A DNA stretch of 64,000 nucleotides from Patescibacteria group bacterium (GCA_038063755.1 JBBTUL010000013.1:12876-76875); one strand, 5' to 3'; counted from the stretch's first letter, positions 17,032 to 26,731 are shown. The notes: a model not told the origin generated them from the letters alone. Numbers and translations: made by a program.

Positions 17032-17948
17032 ACGCGCTCACCTTGAGCGCATTTTTTTCTCGCGATACGAAGCGCGGACCGTGTATCATGAAACCAGGTA
17101 ATTTCGACATCTTTTTTCCACCAGGTCATTTGCCGCTTTGCGTACTGTATACTTTCCGCTTCAATGGAGCGGAGCATCTCGGCTTTCGTGATTTTTCCGG
17201 ATAGATATTCGGTTATGCGGCGGTACTCAAGCCCGAGAGTCTCGAGGCGATTATCCGAGACCCCATGTTTTTTTAAGTGTCTTACTTCTGCGATCATGCC
17301 CTTTTTGATGCGCTCGCGAAGTCGTTTTGAGATGCGCATTTTAAGATCATTCGGCGTGCGGGAAATACCGATTTTTATGATTTCAAAATTTTTCCAATGT
17401 TTTTTTTCGATCGGGAGAGAGGGAACCGGCTTTTTGGTTGTGAGAACAATTTCGAGAGCTCGTACAAGACGTCTTCTATTAAGCCGGTCAATCGAGGTGG
17501 CGCGAAGGGGGTCTTTTAAGGAAAGTTCTGCGAAAAGTTCTTCCGTAGGTTTCAGGTAAAGCGCTTTGCGGAGTTTTTCGTTCGGCTTTACTTGTGGAAG
17601 GTCGTAATCATAGAGAAGCGCGTCGATGTAGTGGCCAGTTCCTCCGCAAACGATCGGAAATTTACCGCGCCGCGCGATATCAAGAAGCGTTTTTCTTGCT
17701 TTTCTTCGATAGTCTGCGACTGTAAATGTTTTTTTTGGAGAGGCGACGTTGAGAAGATGGTGCGGAACCCCCTTCATTTCACGCTTGGTAATTTTTCCTG
17801 ACCCGAGATCGAGTCCGCGGTAGACCTGGCGAGAGTCGGCAGAAATAATTTCACCGCTTAAAGCTTTTGCGGCTTGAACTGCCAGGGCGGATTTCCCGCT
17901 CGCGGTCGGTCCCACTATTACCAAAATTCTATTTACCCTTGACTTCAT
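17028..17948 (-). CDS. miaA: tRNA dimethylallyltransferase
   Basis: ILVIVGPTASGKSALAV and ISADSRQVYRGLDLGSGK. Confidence 0.9.
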   Translation of the reverse strand: MKSRVNRILVIVGPTASGKSALAVQAAKALSGEIISADSRQVYRGLDLGSGKITKREMKGVPHHLLNVASPKKTFTVADYRRKARKTLLDIARRGKFPIVCGGTGHYIDALLYDYDLPQVKPNEKLRKALYLKPTEELFAELSLKDPLRATSIDRLNRRRLVRALEIVLTTKKPVPSLPIEKKHWKNFEIIKIGISRTPNDLKMRISKRLRERIKKGMIAEVRHLKKHGVSDNRLETLGLEYRRITEYLSGKITKAEMLRSIEAESIQYAKRQMTWWKKDVEITWFHDTRSALRIARKKCAQGERV

Positions 17949-18008
17949 TATATATTTGTACCAGAATTGAGGCAGTTTTGGTATTGATTTACAGGGGAAG
18001 AAAGCCTA

Positions 18009-18467
18009 ATGCGAAGCGAGATGGGCGTTGGTGAGATGATGACCATTCTGAAGGAGCTGGATGCGAGAAGAAAGATGAAAAGAGATATCTTGACCGTGCT
18101 GGAGTTTCTTTTGGAGAGATTGGACACAGACAACATTTTTCCCGAAAAGCATAACGATGGGTTTTCAATTCCGTTACGCGACGGGGGGTATAAATGGGTA
18201 GTTTGTAAGGAGCATGGAGACGTAAGGATTAAGTTTTTTTACCCATATAGGATGTCTGCTCTTGGGATGCAAGAAAAGTCGCGGTCAAAAGTTTTGGACG
18301 TGATTGGATGGAAAATTGAAGGGCGAGATCTTTGTGATCCAAAGATCTCATATGAAATTCTTCCTGCTTTGCACGAGTCGCTTCGTCTTCTACTTTTCGA
18401 AGTTTCAAAAAGATCCAAAGCCGTGGGGGACGCGATAGAGCGTCTTCTTTCTGGCCAGGCGAAGTAG
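18009..18467 (+). CDS. hypothetical protein
   Basis: 152 aa, no motif recognised. GGGGAAG-type RBS. Confidence 0.35.
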   Translation: MRSEMGVGEMMTILKELDARRKMKRDILTVLEFLLERLDTDNIFPEKHNDGFSIPLRDGGYKWVVCKEHGDVRIKFFYPYRMSALGMQEKSRSKVLDVIGWKIEGRDLCDPKISYEILPALHESLRLLLFEVSKRSKAVGDAIERLLSGQAK

Positions 18468-18477
18468 GGGAAATCAA

Positions 18478-18510
18478 ATAACCGCACACACCTGCGGTTT
18501 TTATTTTTTT
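18478..18510 (+). terminator. rho-independent terminator
   Basis: AACCGCA-cacacc-TGCGGTT followed by TTTTATTTTTTT. Confidence 0.5.
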
Positions 18511-18540
18511 CACTCTCGCCGCAAGCGGCTTCCGCAAAAG

Positions 18541-18569
18541 TTGACAGAATGTGCATCTAGGGTTTTGAT
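18541..18569 (+). promoter_or_regulatory. candidate promoter (TTGACA-17-TTTGAT)
   Basis: Perfect -35 hexamer at 18541-18546 and a weak -10, about 30 nt before the GAGGAG RBS and the ATG at 18600. Confidence 0.35.
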
Positions 18570-18599
18570 GATATCAGAACTTCGAGACGAGGAGCTGAC

Positions 18600-18797
18600 A
18601 TGAAGACGGCGACAAAGGTTGTCATTTTGGGCGGAGGAATTGCCCTGCTTTCATTCTTTCTTAGCCATCATCGGTCGCCCAAGACCAGCAAGGCCAAGAA
18701 AGACGACCTTCATCGGCGATACGAAGTCAACCTCGAAGATGACTTCGCAGCCGATCTCGTCTTGCTTGGCGAAATGCCTCGTCCGGTAACGGGCTGA
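18600..18797 (+). CDS. hypothetical small single-TM protein
   Basis: 65 aa. GAGGAG RBS 6 nt upstream. One TM (VVILGGGIALLSFFL) and a charged tail. Promoter and terminator bracket it. Confidence 0.35.
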   Translation: MKTATKVVILGGGIALLSFFLSHHRSPKTSKAKKDDLHRRYEVNLEDDFAADLVLLGEMPRPVTG

Positions 18798-18815
18798 ATT
18801 TATTTCGCAGGACCC

Positions 18816-18842
18816 CCGCCAATTAAAACGGCGGGTTTTTTA
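18816..18842 (+). terminator. rho-independent terminator; abuts the thrS stop on the other strand
   Basis: CCCGCC-aattaaaac-GGCGGG followed by TTTTTT. Confidence 0.5.
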
Positions 18843-20615
18843 CATGAACCGCGAAGCTGTTTCTTTCTGCAATTTTTCTATGAGCGACTCGAGAGAAAGC
18901 ACTCCATCCTGCCCTCGCTTATAATGCCGGACACTTACGCTTCTTGCCAGCTCTTCTTTTTCGCCGACAACGAGCACATAGGGGATCTTCTTCATTTCTG
19001 CCCCGCGGATTCGTTTTCCGAGAGTTTCGTCGGCACCGCCAAGCTCAACACGGAATCCAGCCCTCTCAATTTCAAGCTTTAAGGTTTCCGCATATTGAGA
19101 GAATTTGTCGCTGACCGGAAGAATAACAACTTGTGTCGGCGCAAGCCAAAGCGGAAACGCTCCGGCGAGGTGTTCAATAAGAACCGCGAGGAATCGCTCG
19201 ATGGACCCCATGATTGCGGCGTGGATCATGACGATGCGCTCGATCTTCCCGCTTTCGTTTATGCATGAAAGATCAAACCGTTCTGGCATGTTCATGTCAA
19301 GCTGAATGGTTGCCATTTGCCACTCGCGACCGATAGCGTCTTTTGCCATAAAATCGAGCTTTGGCCCATAGAATGCCGCCTCACCAACCCCTTCAATCCA
19401 ATCTATCTTTTTTTCGGTAACGATTTCGCGAAGAACTCCCTCGGCTTTCGCCCAGAGCTTTTTGTCGCCGAGGTATTTTTCAGGCTGTTTCGGATCGTGG
19501 GTTGAAAGTCGTACCTGAAGGTCGAATCCGAAAACCGGATAGAATTCGTATACGATATCCCAAATTTTCAGAAACTCTTCTTTCGCCTGTGCCATGCGGC
19601 AGAAGACGTGTGCATCGTCTTGAGCAAAAGCCCGGACGCGGGAGAGGCCAGAGAGTTCGCCGCTTTGTTCATCTCGATAGCAGGTGGTGGTGTTGGCGTA
19701 TCTTTGGGGCAATTCGCGATAACTCCATTTTTTTCGTGCAAAAATCTGGGTATGATGTGGGCAGTTCATCGGCTTCATCGCGAATTCATGACCTTCGCGT
19801 GTTTCGATCCGAAAAAGATCGTCTTTGTATTTTTCCCAATGGCCGCTCTTTTCATATAACTCTTTCTTGGTGATGTGGGGGATCTCAACGCGGTCGTATC
19901 CTCGCGCCCTGCGGAGTTGCCAGACAAAATCATCCAGGAGATTTCGGAGGATGGTGCCCTTGGGAGTCCAGAGCGGAAGTCCAGGGCCAACGAGATCCGA
20001 GAAAACAAAAAGATCGAGCTCGGGGCCAAGTTTTTTGTGATCCCGCTTCTTGGCTTCTTCTACCATCTTGATGTGTGCGTCAAGTTCCTCTCTTGTCTCA
20101 AAGGCCAGACCGTAAATTCGGGTAAGCATTTTATTTTTCTCACTTCCACGCCAATAGGCTCCAGCGATGCGTTCCAGCTTGAACGTCTCCGGATTTATAC
20201 TCTGCATATTATCCGCATGGCCGCCCTTGCACAGATCGATAAAATCACCGGAGGTGTAGAAGGTTATGGTTTTGCCATCACCAGCGAATTCGTCTATGAG
20301 TTCAGACTTGTATTTGTTCCACGCAAAAACTTTTTTTGCCTCATCTACGGAAACCTCTCGCCTTGAAAACTCTTTCCAAGAGGCCATTTTTTCTCGCATC
20401 TTCGCTTCTATTTTCGGGAAATCTTCTTCGGATATTGGCTGCGGGAGGTCAAAATCTTGATAAAATCCGTTTTCGATGGAGGGGCCAATTGCGTTTTGGG
20501 CTCCGGGGAAAAGATCGATGACGGATGATGCGAGCAAATGAGCAAGTGAGTGGCGAATTCCGTCGAGCGAGTGAGAGTTTTGTTTTGACATGAGATTAAT
20601 GATTAGTATTTTCAT
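18840..20615 (-). CDS. thrS: threonyl-tRNA synthetase
   Basis: HSLAHLL editing-domain motif, class II core (MNCPHH.., the ..RFDLSCINESGK.. region) and a C-terminal anticodon-binding domain. Confidence 0.95.
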   Translation of the reverse strand: MKILIINLMSKQNSHSLDGIRHSLAHLLASSVIDLFPGAQNAIGPSIENGFYQDFDLPQPISEEDFPKIEAKMREKMASWKEFSRREVSVDEAKKVFAWNKYKSELIDEFAGDGKTITFYTSGDFIDLCKGGHADNMQSINPETFKLERIAGAYWRGSEKNKMLTRIYGLAFETREELDAHIKMVEEAKKRDHKKLGPELDLFVFSDLVGPGLPLWTPKGTILRNLLDDFVWQLRRARGYDRVEIPHITKKELYEKSGHWEKYKDDLFRIETREGHEFAMKPMNCPHHTQIFARKKWSYRELPQRYANTTTCYRDEQSGELSGLSRVRAFAQDDAHVFCRMAQAKEEFLKIWDIVYEFYPVFGFDLQVRLSTHDPKQPEKYLGDKKLWAKAEGVLREIVTEKKIDWIEGVGEAAFYGPKLDFMAKDAIGREWQMATIQLDMNMPERFDLSCINESGKIERIVMIHAAIMGSIERFLAVLIEHLAGAFPLWLAPTQVVILPVSDKFSQYAETLKLEIERAGFRVELGGADETLGKRIRGAEMKKIPYVLVVGEKEELARSVSVRHYKRGQDGVLSLESLIEKLQKETASRFM

Positions 20616-20646
20616 TATAAGCGATTTTCTTTGAAAGAAGAATTGC

Positions 20647-20682
20647 GGGGCTTGCGTTTTTGCGCAAGCCCCGACCAGATAG
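20647..20682 (-). terminator. strong hairpin between the upstream minus-strand ORFs and the thrS promoter; likely terminator of the upstream operon
   Basis: GGGGCTTGCG-tttttg-CGCAAGCCCC (10-bp stem), 16 nt after the stop of the 110-aa ORF. On the minus strand a TATAAT lies 25 nt upstream of the thrS ATG. Confidence 0.45.
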
Positions 20683-20687
20683 GAGTG

Positions 20688-21020
20688 TTAGCAGGCGCTT
20701 CGAAGAAGATGATGCGAGCGGTTCCCGCACGAGCTACAGACGTCGATCATCAAGCGATCAAAGCCGCCGCCCTCAGCCTGCAGATTTCCGGCACCGCACT
20801 TCGGGCAGCGAGCGGTGTTTCCGTTGAATGGGCGGGGGCGCTGTACGGAAGCGCAGAGATCTTTATTCCCGCAAAACGCCGTGGTTTCGGCAGAATGAAC
20901 ACGTAGGTTTTCCCCGCACGCACAACACTGGACTCCAGTTTCTTGCGGTTTGTTCATCTGCTTTCTTCGCGGTTTGTGGAACGAAGCGCTACGGACAGCC
21001 GCCAAATCCACTGAAGTCAT
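20688..21020 (-). CDS. hypothetical Cys-rich (zinc-ribbon-like) small protein
   Basis: 110 aa with CCACG..(H)..C..C and CPKCG..CSSCG pairs. The hairpin sits just after its stop. A competing plus-strand ORF looks less protein-like. Confidence 0.3.
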   Translation of the reverse strand: MTSVDLAAVRSASFHKPRRKQMNKPQETGVQCCACGENLRVHSAETTAFCGNKDLCASVQRPRPFNGNTARCPKCGAGNLQAEGGGFDRLMIDVCSSCGNRSHHLLRSAC

Positions 21021-21654
21021 GCGGTTGCTTCTCTCCTTTAAAGATCGCTTCCATCGAAAGACTTCCGAGGGCGATGGGAATGCTCACGAGAAAGCACGCA
21101 AATTCAACTATCGGGTCCGCCATCCTGACCGAGCGCTGCAACTCCGCGCCCATCGAAAGACAATAGCTGCGACGTTCGGGAATCTCCATACGCTCAATGT
21201 GTAGCGATGGAGCGGGTTCGATTCCAGCAACCATGAAACATATTCGCAGATAAACAATATACACCTGGAGGGCTTCCGGATTTCCGATCGTTTGAATCAA
21301 ATGCGACAGACCGCTCACAAAGGACTGCAGTTTTTGCTTTTGTTCGTCAGGCTTAAGTAAGCGAATATTATCTGCAAGCTTTCGTGCATTTTTCGCAATT
21401 TGGCTTTCGTAGATACACTCTGCCATCTGGTCGATGTTGTTCTCGTCCACCCAGGCGCGACCGTTCTGCATGGCGACTCCTTTTAAAAGAACAACCCCCT
21501 CGTGGATCCGAGGGGGTTTCTTGATGCACGATTCGTACAATCCTACGCCAAGAGACACCCTCGAATGGGGGTCGTCATCGTTGCGTTGGTGGTTGTTGAA
21601 CGATACTGCAGCATCTTTTTTTAAGATATAGCATACCGACATCCCGACGCGCAA
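20989..21654 (-). CDS. hypothetical protein
   Basis: 221 aa, no motif recognised. Its 3' end overlaps the next ORF by 32 nt on the same strand, as in an operon. Confidence 0.35.
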   Translation of the reverse strand: MRVGMSVCYILKKDAAVSFNNHQRNDDDPHSRVSLGVGLYESCIKKPPRIHEGVVLLKGVAMQNGRAWVDENNIDQMAECIYESQIAKNARKLADNIRLLKPDEQKQKLQSFVSGLSHLIQTIGNPEALQVYIVYLRICFMVAGIEPAPSLHIERMEIPERRSYCLSMGAELQRSVRMADPIVEFACFLVSIPIALGSLSMEAIFKGEKQPHDFSGFGGCP

Positions 21655-21695
21655 GTCACCTTTTCCTCCCGTGGTGCATGCGGTATGATAACTTC

Positions 21696-22991
21696 ATGCT
21701 GGACATTAAGTTTATACGAGAAAATCCCGATGTAATAAAGGATGTTGCGGTAAAAAAGGGGATCGATCCTGGACTTGTCGATCAGCTTCTTGGTGTAGAT
21801 TCGACTCGGCGAGAATTCATCCAACTACATGACGAATTTCGTTCGGCACAGAAAAAGGCGACGAACAGAGAAGAAGGAGCCGGGCTGAAAGAAAAAATAA
21901 AAACGCTCGAAGCAGATCCAAAATATGCCGGTATCGAGGAGCGGTTTAATCGGTTGGCGGTGATGATGCCGAGTATAATATCTCCCGATACGCCCATTGG
22001 AAAAAGTGATGCGGATAATAAAGAAGTTTATAGCTGGGGCGAACCAAGAAAGTTTTCATTTACGCCAAAAGACCATATTCAACTTGGCAAAGACCTCGAC
22101 ATCCTTGATCTTGAAAGAGGAACCAAGGTGGGAGGATTTCGCGGGTACTATGTAAAAAACGATGGCGTGCTCCTTGTGATGGGCATCATGCTCTACGCAA
22201 TCCACAAAATGGTAAAGAGGGGATATGCTCCGATGATCCCACCTACCCTCGTAAAGGAATTCGCGCTTTTTGGGAGCGGATATTTCAAGGGACTGGAATA
22301 TGATCCTGGCGTTGACGAAATATATCAGGTTGCTACACCTGACAAGGAATTAACCGGAGAAGTGAGCAGGGAAAAGAAGTTTTTGGTTGGAACCGCCGAA
22401 CCGTCGCTTCTTGCCTACTATTCTGGAGAGATACTTAAAATCGAAGATCTTCCGCTTAAGATGTGCGGATATAGCCAGTGCTACCGGAGCGAAATAGGGA
22501 GCTACGGGAAAGAGGTGAAAGGCATATATCGGGTGCACGAATTTATGAAGGTTGAGCAGGTTGTCTTTGCAGAAGCAGACATCGAAAAATCAAACAAGAT
22601 TCAAGAAGAGATGACGGGGATTTCTGGAGAGATGCACGAAGAGATGGGGCTCCCGTATCGGCGGCTTCAGATTTGCTCTGGAGATATGAGTCCGGGGAAG
22701 TATCGTGCATTTGACCTTGAAGCATGGTTGCCAGGAATGAACCGATGGGCAGAAACCGGTTCGGCAAGTAACTTTCTTGATTGGCAGGCGCGGAGGTTGA
22801 ACGTGAAGTACGTCGACAAAAAAGGGGAGAAAAAATTTGTTTACATGCTGAACAACACCGCCCTGCCGAGTCCTCGAGTTTTTATCGCAATTCTTGAAAA
22901 TTATCAGAACGAAAAAGGAGAGGTCGAAATTCCGGAAGTCCTGCAGCCCTATGTCGGCAAAAAAATTATTTCCTCCGAGAACCTGGGTTGA
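21696..22991 (+). CDS. serS: seryl-tRNA synthetase
   Basis: N-terminal coiled-coil arm (MLDIKFIRENPD..) and the class II core (motif 2/3 region ..RVHEFMKVEQ.., ..GSASNF..). A TATGAT -10 ends 6 nt before the ATG. Confidence 0.9.
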   Translation: MLDIKFIRENPDVIKDVAVKKGIDPGLVDQLLGVDSTRREFIQLHDEFRSAQKKATNREEGAGLKEKIKTLEADPKYAGIEERFNRLAVMMPSIISPDTPIGKSDADNKEVYSWGEPRKFSFTPKDHIQLGKDLDILDLERGTKVGGFRGYYVKNDGVLLVMGIMLYAIHKMVKRGYAPMIPPTLVKEFALFGSGYFKGLEYDPGVDEIYQVATPDKELTGEVSREKKFLVGTAEPSLLAYYSGEILKIEDLPLKMCGYSQCYRSEIGSYGKEVKGIYRVHEFMKVEQVVFAEADIEKSNKIQEEMTGISGEMHEEMGLPYRRLQICSGDMSPGKYRAFDLEAWLPGMNRWAETGSASNFLDWQARRLNVKYVDKKGEKKFVYMLNNTALPSPRVFIAILENYQNEKGEVEIPEVLQPYVGKKIISSENLG

Positions 22992-24087
22992 GATATCGCG
23001 CGCGGCTCTCCGCGCGAACATCCGAACCTTCCGAAAGCTCATCGGCCCGAAGGTGAAGTTGTGGTCTGTTGTAAAATCGAATGCTTATGGACACGGTATT
23101 TTCGATTTTGCGAAGATTGCAGAGAAGGAAGGGGTAGATGGGTTTTGCGTAGACTCGCTTGTTGAGGCGGTACACCTTCGCGATCAAAACATTAAAAATC
23201 ATATTTTTGTTCTTGGTTCAACATTGCCCGAGCTTTTCGAGGTTGCTGCAGTACAAGACATCACGCTCAGCCTTTCCACATTAGAAGACCTAAAAGCATT
23301 CTATCGCGCGAAGGAGCGTCCGGCGTTTCACCTAAAGCTCGATACCGGCATGCACCGACGAGGCTTTGTGAAAAAAGACCTACCACAAGTTCTCAAAATT
23401 CTTCGAGAGCAGAAAAAGAAATTCGAGCCAAACCTTCGGGGCATTTATACCCACTTTGCCGCGGCGAAAGATCGTGCATATCCTGGTTTTGCTGAAGAGC
23501 AGTATGTGTGTTTTGAAGCGATGAAGCAGAGATTCCAGTCTCTTTTTCCGGGAATGATGACGCATGTGGCTGCAACGGGTGGCACAATGCTTGGAGATCG
23601 TTATCATCGAGATGCGGTCCGAGTCGGCATGGGACTTTACGGATATCACGCTTCCGCCGAACTTGAAGCTCAACTACCACAGATCGTCCTTCAGCCGGTC
23701 CTTTCATGGAAGACTATTATCACCGAAGTTAAAGAAATTCGCGCCGGAGATTACGTTGGTTATAACCTTACGGAGCGTTTGCGCCGCGCGACACGCATTG
23801 CAATACTCCCAGTCGGTTATTGGAACGGCTTTCCGGTTGCGCTTTCAAGGGTTGGCGAGGTTGCCATCCGAGGAAGGCGTGCGCGGGTATTGGGCCGCGT
23901 TTCCATGGACATTGTCGTGGTCGACGCGACGGGTATCCCATGTCGAGTGGGCGATATCGTGACCCTCATCGGTTCCGACGGAAAGGAGCATATTGACGCC
24001 TTAGAGATCGCTTCCCGCATGCCTGCTACGCATCATTATGAAGTTTTGACGCGCCTGAATCCTCTTATGGAGCGGCGCGTGGTATAG
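22951..24087 (+). CDS. alr: alanine racemase
   Basis: PLP-binding VVKSNAYGHG and the C-terminal beta domain. Start taken at MSAKK, which overlaps the serS end by 41 nt. Confidence 0.85.
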   Translation: MSAKKLFPPRTWVEISRAALRANIRTFRKLIGPKVKLWSVVKSNAYGHGIFDFAKIAEKEGVDGFCVDSLVEAVHLRDQNIKNHIFVLGSTLPELFEVAAVQDITLSLSTLEDLKAFYRAKERPAFHLKLDTGMHRRGFVKKDLPQVLKILREQKKKFEPNLRGIYTHFAAAKDRAYPGFAEEQYVCFEAMKQRFQSLFPGMMTHVAATGGTMLGDRYHRDAVRVGMGLYGYHASAELEAQLPQIVLQPVLSWKTIITEVKEIRAGDYVGYNLTERLRRATRIAILPVGYWNGFPVALSRVGEVAIRGRRARVLGRVSMDIVVVDATGIPCRVGDIVTLIGSDGKEHIDALEIASRMPATHHYEVLTRLNPLMERRVV

Positions 24088-24097
24088 AATTAGTGAT

Positions 24098-24910
24098 ATG
24101 CATGACGTTCGAGATGTAAGCGATATTGCTCTGAGGCGAAGGCGGGCAAGGCAATTCGGTTTCTTTATTTTTTTTCTCCTTTTTATTTTTTTTCTTGTTC
24201 TTTCTTTTGGATGGATCGTGTTGCGATCAGGCGTTTTTTGGGCGAAAACCATAAAAATTTCCGGAAACAGCATCGTTTCAGAAGAGCAAGTAAGCTCGCT
24301 GCTTAAAGCAAAAATTTTCAAAGATTCGTTTGGGCGCCATGTTTTTGGATACCGCAATATGCTAATTTGGCCGAAAGAACTTTCGGGTGATGACCTAAGG
24401 CTGTTACCACAGGTAAAAAAAATAAGTATCAATGTTTCCTATGCGCGCCGAGAAATCGCCATTCAAGTTGAAGAAAGGGAGCGATTTGGTATTTGGTGTT
24501 TCGTTCTCGAAGAAGGCGATCGATCGTGCTGGTGGTTTGATCATGAAGGTTTTACGACCGAGCGAACCACAGGATCAGCCGGAGGATTGATTCTTGTGAT
24601 ACAGGATTATTCAGAGACGCCGAAGCTTTACGGCGGCTCCTACGTCCGTTCGGGAGAAACTTTTTCGAATCTGCTTTCGGTTTTACGATTCCTTCGGGGA
24701 ATGGATGCTGGCATCGAGGAGATCGCTGTCGACAAAGATGCCCTTGAAGAAGTTCGCGCAACGATGGCGGAGGGCCCGACGCTTTACTTCAGTCTAAGAT
24801 TCCCGCTCGTGGGTGGCGAGGCTGCAATTGCTTCGCTTAGAGAAAAGACCGGCTTTACGAAGCTAACCTCCGTCGATTTTCGAGTTCAAAATAGGGTGTA
24901 TTATAAATAA
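24098..24910 (+). CDS. FtsQ/DivIB-like cell-division protein (POTRA-type)
   Basis: Arg-rich N-terminus, a single TM (FGFFIFFLLFIFFLVLSF), then ..IKISGNSIVSEEQV.., which resembles the FtsQ POTRA start. Confidence 0.5.
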   Translation: MHDVRDVSDIALRRRRARQFGFFIFFLLFIFFLVLSFGWIVLRSGVFWAKTIKISGNSIVSEEQVSSLLKAKIFKDSFGRHVFGYRNMLIWPKELSGDDLRLLPQVKKISINVSYARREIAIQVEERERFGIWCFVLEEGDRSCWWFDHEGFTTERTTGSAGGLILVIQDYSETPKLYGGSYVRSGETFSNLLSVLRFLRGMDAGIEEIAVDKDALEEVRATMAEGPTLYFSLRFPLVGGEAAIASLREKTGFTKLTSVDFRVQNRVYYK

Positions 24911-24919
24911 GCTTGGCGG

Positions 24920-26731
24920 GTGCCGTTGATACGTAGGTGGTGGATGGACTGGTTGCGGCGACTTCGCACGGGCGAAAAAAACAAAACAGAGGATTCACGA
25001 TCCGATCGGAATAAACAACCCCTCATGAGCCAAGAGACAAAACAGTGCAAAAGCTGCCATCAGGACTTCACCATTGAGCCTGCCGACTTCGATTTCTACA
25101 GGAAAATAGGAGTTCCACCTCCGACGTGGTGTCCGGAGTGCCGACTCAAAAGAAGGCTCATCTGGTTAAACACGTTTGTTCTCTATAAGCGCCCTTGCGA
25201 TCTTTGTAAAAAGCTCGTGATGTCGGTGTATGCTCCCGATGCGCCCTATGTTGTGTATTGTCCGTCGTGCTGGTGGTCTGATGCATGGGATCAGCATGAG
25301 CACGCCCTAGACTATAACCCAACAAAAACATTCTTCGAGCAGTTTGGGGATTTACTTCACAAAACTCCCGTCATAGGACTTTCTCTCGACATTTTGACCT
25401 CGAAAGAGTCCCCATATACAAGCAATTCCGGGAACCTGCGAAATTGCTATCTGCTTTACCATTCAAATGACGACGAAGATTCCGCTTACAGCTTTTATGT
25501 CGAGCATTGCAAGGCGCTTTTCGATTGCGCAATGTGCATACAGTCCGAACGCTTATACGACTCAATGCATTCGTGGAAGTGTAACAATTGCGTCGGGTCG
25601 AGAAGTTATGTGATAGAGTCGCTTGACAGCGCATTCCTGAAAGACTGTTCAAATTGTACGAATTGTTTTATGTGCGCGAGTCTCAAAAATAAAAAATATT
25701 GTTTCAAGAACCAGCAGCTTTCTAAGGAAGAATATTTGAACGAGCGAAAGAAATATGATCTCGGGTCCTATGGCGGCTATCAAAAAGCGGCGAAAGAGGC
25801 AGAAGAGTTTTGGAATACCCAAATTCCAAAAGCAGAATTTGGCGATCGAGCTGTCGCGTGCAGCGGTACGCAGATTTACGAATCAAAAAATGTGAGAGAT
25901 TCGTTTCAGGTAAATCAAGGGGAGGACTGCCGGTTCATCCAAATGATTTCAGATGGTACAAACAGCGACCTCTATGACGTTACGTCTTGGGGAGACGGCC
26001 TTTCCGATTCTTACGACTCAATGCTTTGCGGAACGCAGAGTTCGGGTATTAAGTTTTCCGAGGAGTGCGGGATTGGTTGTATTGATCTGGAGTATTGCAA
26101 AATCGTAGTAGGAAGCTCTCATTGTTTCGGATGTGTCGGTATGAAAAAAGCGCAATATTGTATTTTGAATAAGCAGTATCCAAAAGAAGAGTACGAGCAG
26201 CTAGTCTTGAAAATTAAAGAAGACATGAAAAAGAATCCATTCCGAGACCGAAGGGGAAGAGCGTATGGATACGGAGAATTTTTTCCATCTGATTTTTCTC
26301 CGCACGCCTATAACGAAGCGTTTATTCAAAACTTTTTTCCGCTTTCGCAGGAAGAAGCCGAAAGAGAGGGATATCCGTGGAGGAAGATTTTACAGAGCGA
26401 GCACAAAACGACGATTACCGCGAGCGGCATTCCAGATCATGTCAAAGACGTTTCAGACGAGATTCTAAAAGAGATTATCGGATGCGATTCATGCGGCCGT
26501 GGATTTATGATAATTGAAATGGAGCTTGCGTACTTGCGGCGGGAGAACCTTCCAGTGCCAAGGAGATGCCCATTTTGCCGCACGAGCGAGAAAGTGGGGC
26601 TATGGATCAAAAACATGGAACAGCACGAGCGAACTTGTTTTCGTTGCGAAGCGAAGTTTCTCTCGAAATACACCACGGAAGAGTTTGAGCGTCTTTTGTG
26701 TAAACGCTGTTATGCAGCCGAGGCGGCATAA
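24920..26731 (+). CDS. cysteine-rich protein of unknown function with terminal double zinc-ribbon modules and internal Cys repeats
   Basis: N-terminal CKSC..CPECR..CDLC..CPSC. C-terminal CDSC..CPFCR..CFRC..CKRC. Two internal repeat blocks, each ending in KKYCFKNQQLSKEEY or KAQYCILNKQYPKEEY. Alternative starts lie at 24944 and 25025. Confidence 0.65.
   Translation: MPLIRRWWMDWLRRLRTGEKNKTEDSRSDRNKQPLMSQETKQCKSCHQDFTIEPADFDFYRKIGVPPPTWCPECRLKRRLIWLNTFVLYKRPCDLCKKLVMSVYAPDAPYVVYCPSCWWSDAWDQHEHALDYNPTKTFFEQFGDLLHKTPVIGLSLDILTSKESPYTSNSGNLRNCYLLYHSNDDEDSAYSFYVEHCKALFDCAMCIQSERLYDSMHSWKCNNCVGSRSYVIESLDSAFLKDCSNCTNCFMCASLKNKKYCFKNQQLSKEEYLNERKKYDLGSYGGYQKAAKEAEEFWNTQIPKAEFGDRAVACSGTQIYESKNVRDSFQVNQGEDCRFIQMISDGTNSDLYDVTSWGDGLSDSYDSMLCGTQSSGIKFSEECGIGCIDLEYCKIVVGSSHCFGCVGMKKAQYCILNKQYPKEEYEQLVLKIKEDMKKNPFRDRRGRAYGYGEFFPSDFSPHAYNEAFIQNFFPLSQEEAEREGYPWRKILQSEHKTTITASGIPDHVKDVSDEILKEIIGCDSCGRGFMIIEMELAYLRRENLPVPRRCPFCRTSEKVGLWIKNMEQHERTCFRCEAKFLSKYTTEEFERLLCKRCYAAEAA

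Noticed and set aside
20631-20906. 91-aa plus-strand ORF in the thrS-serS gap.
   Set aside because: It is Ala/Gly-rich and low-complexity, with no RBS. The minus-strand ORFs are better supported by the terminator placement, but none is certain.
22894-22950. Upstream in-frame start of alr at 22894, which would overlap serS by 98 nt.
   Set aside because: The extension (MKIIRTKKERSKFRKSCSP) is not conserved-looking. The MSAKK.. start fits the usual alr N-terminus.
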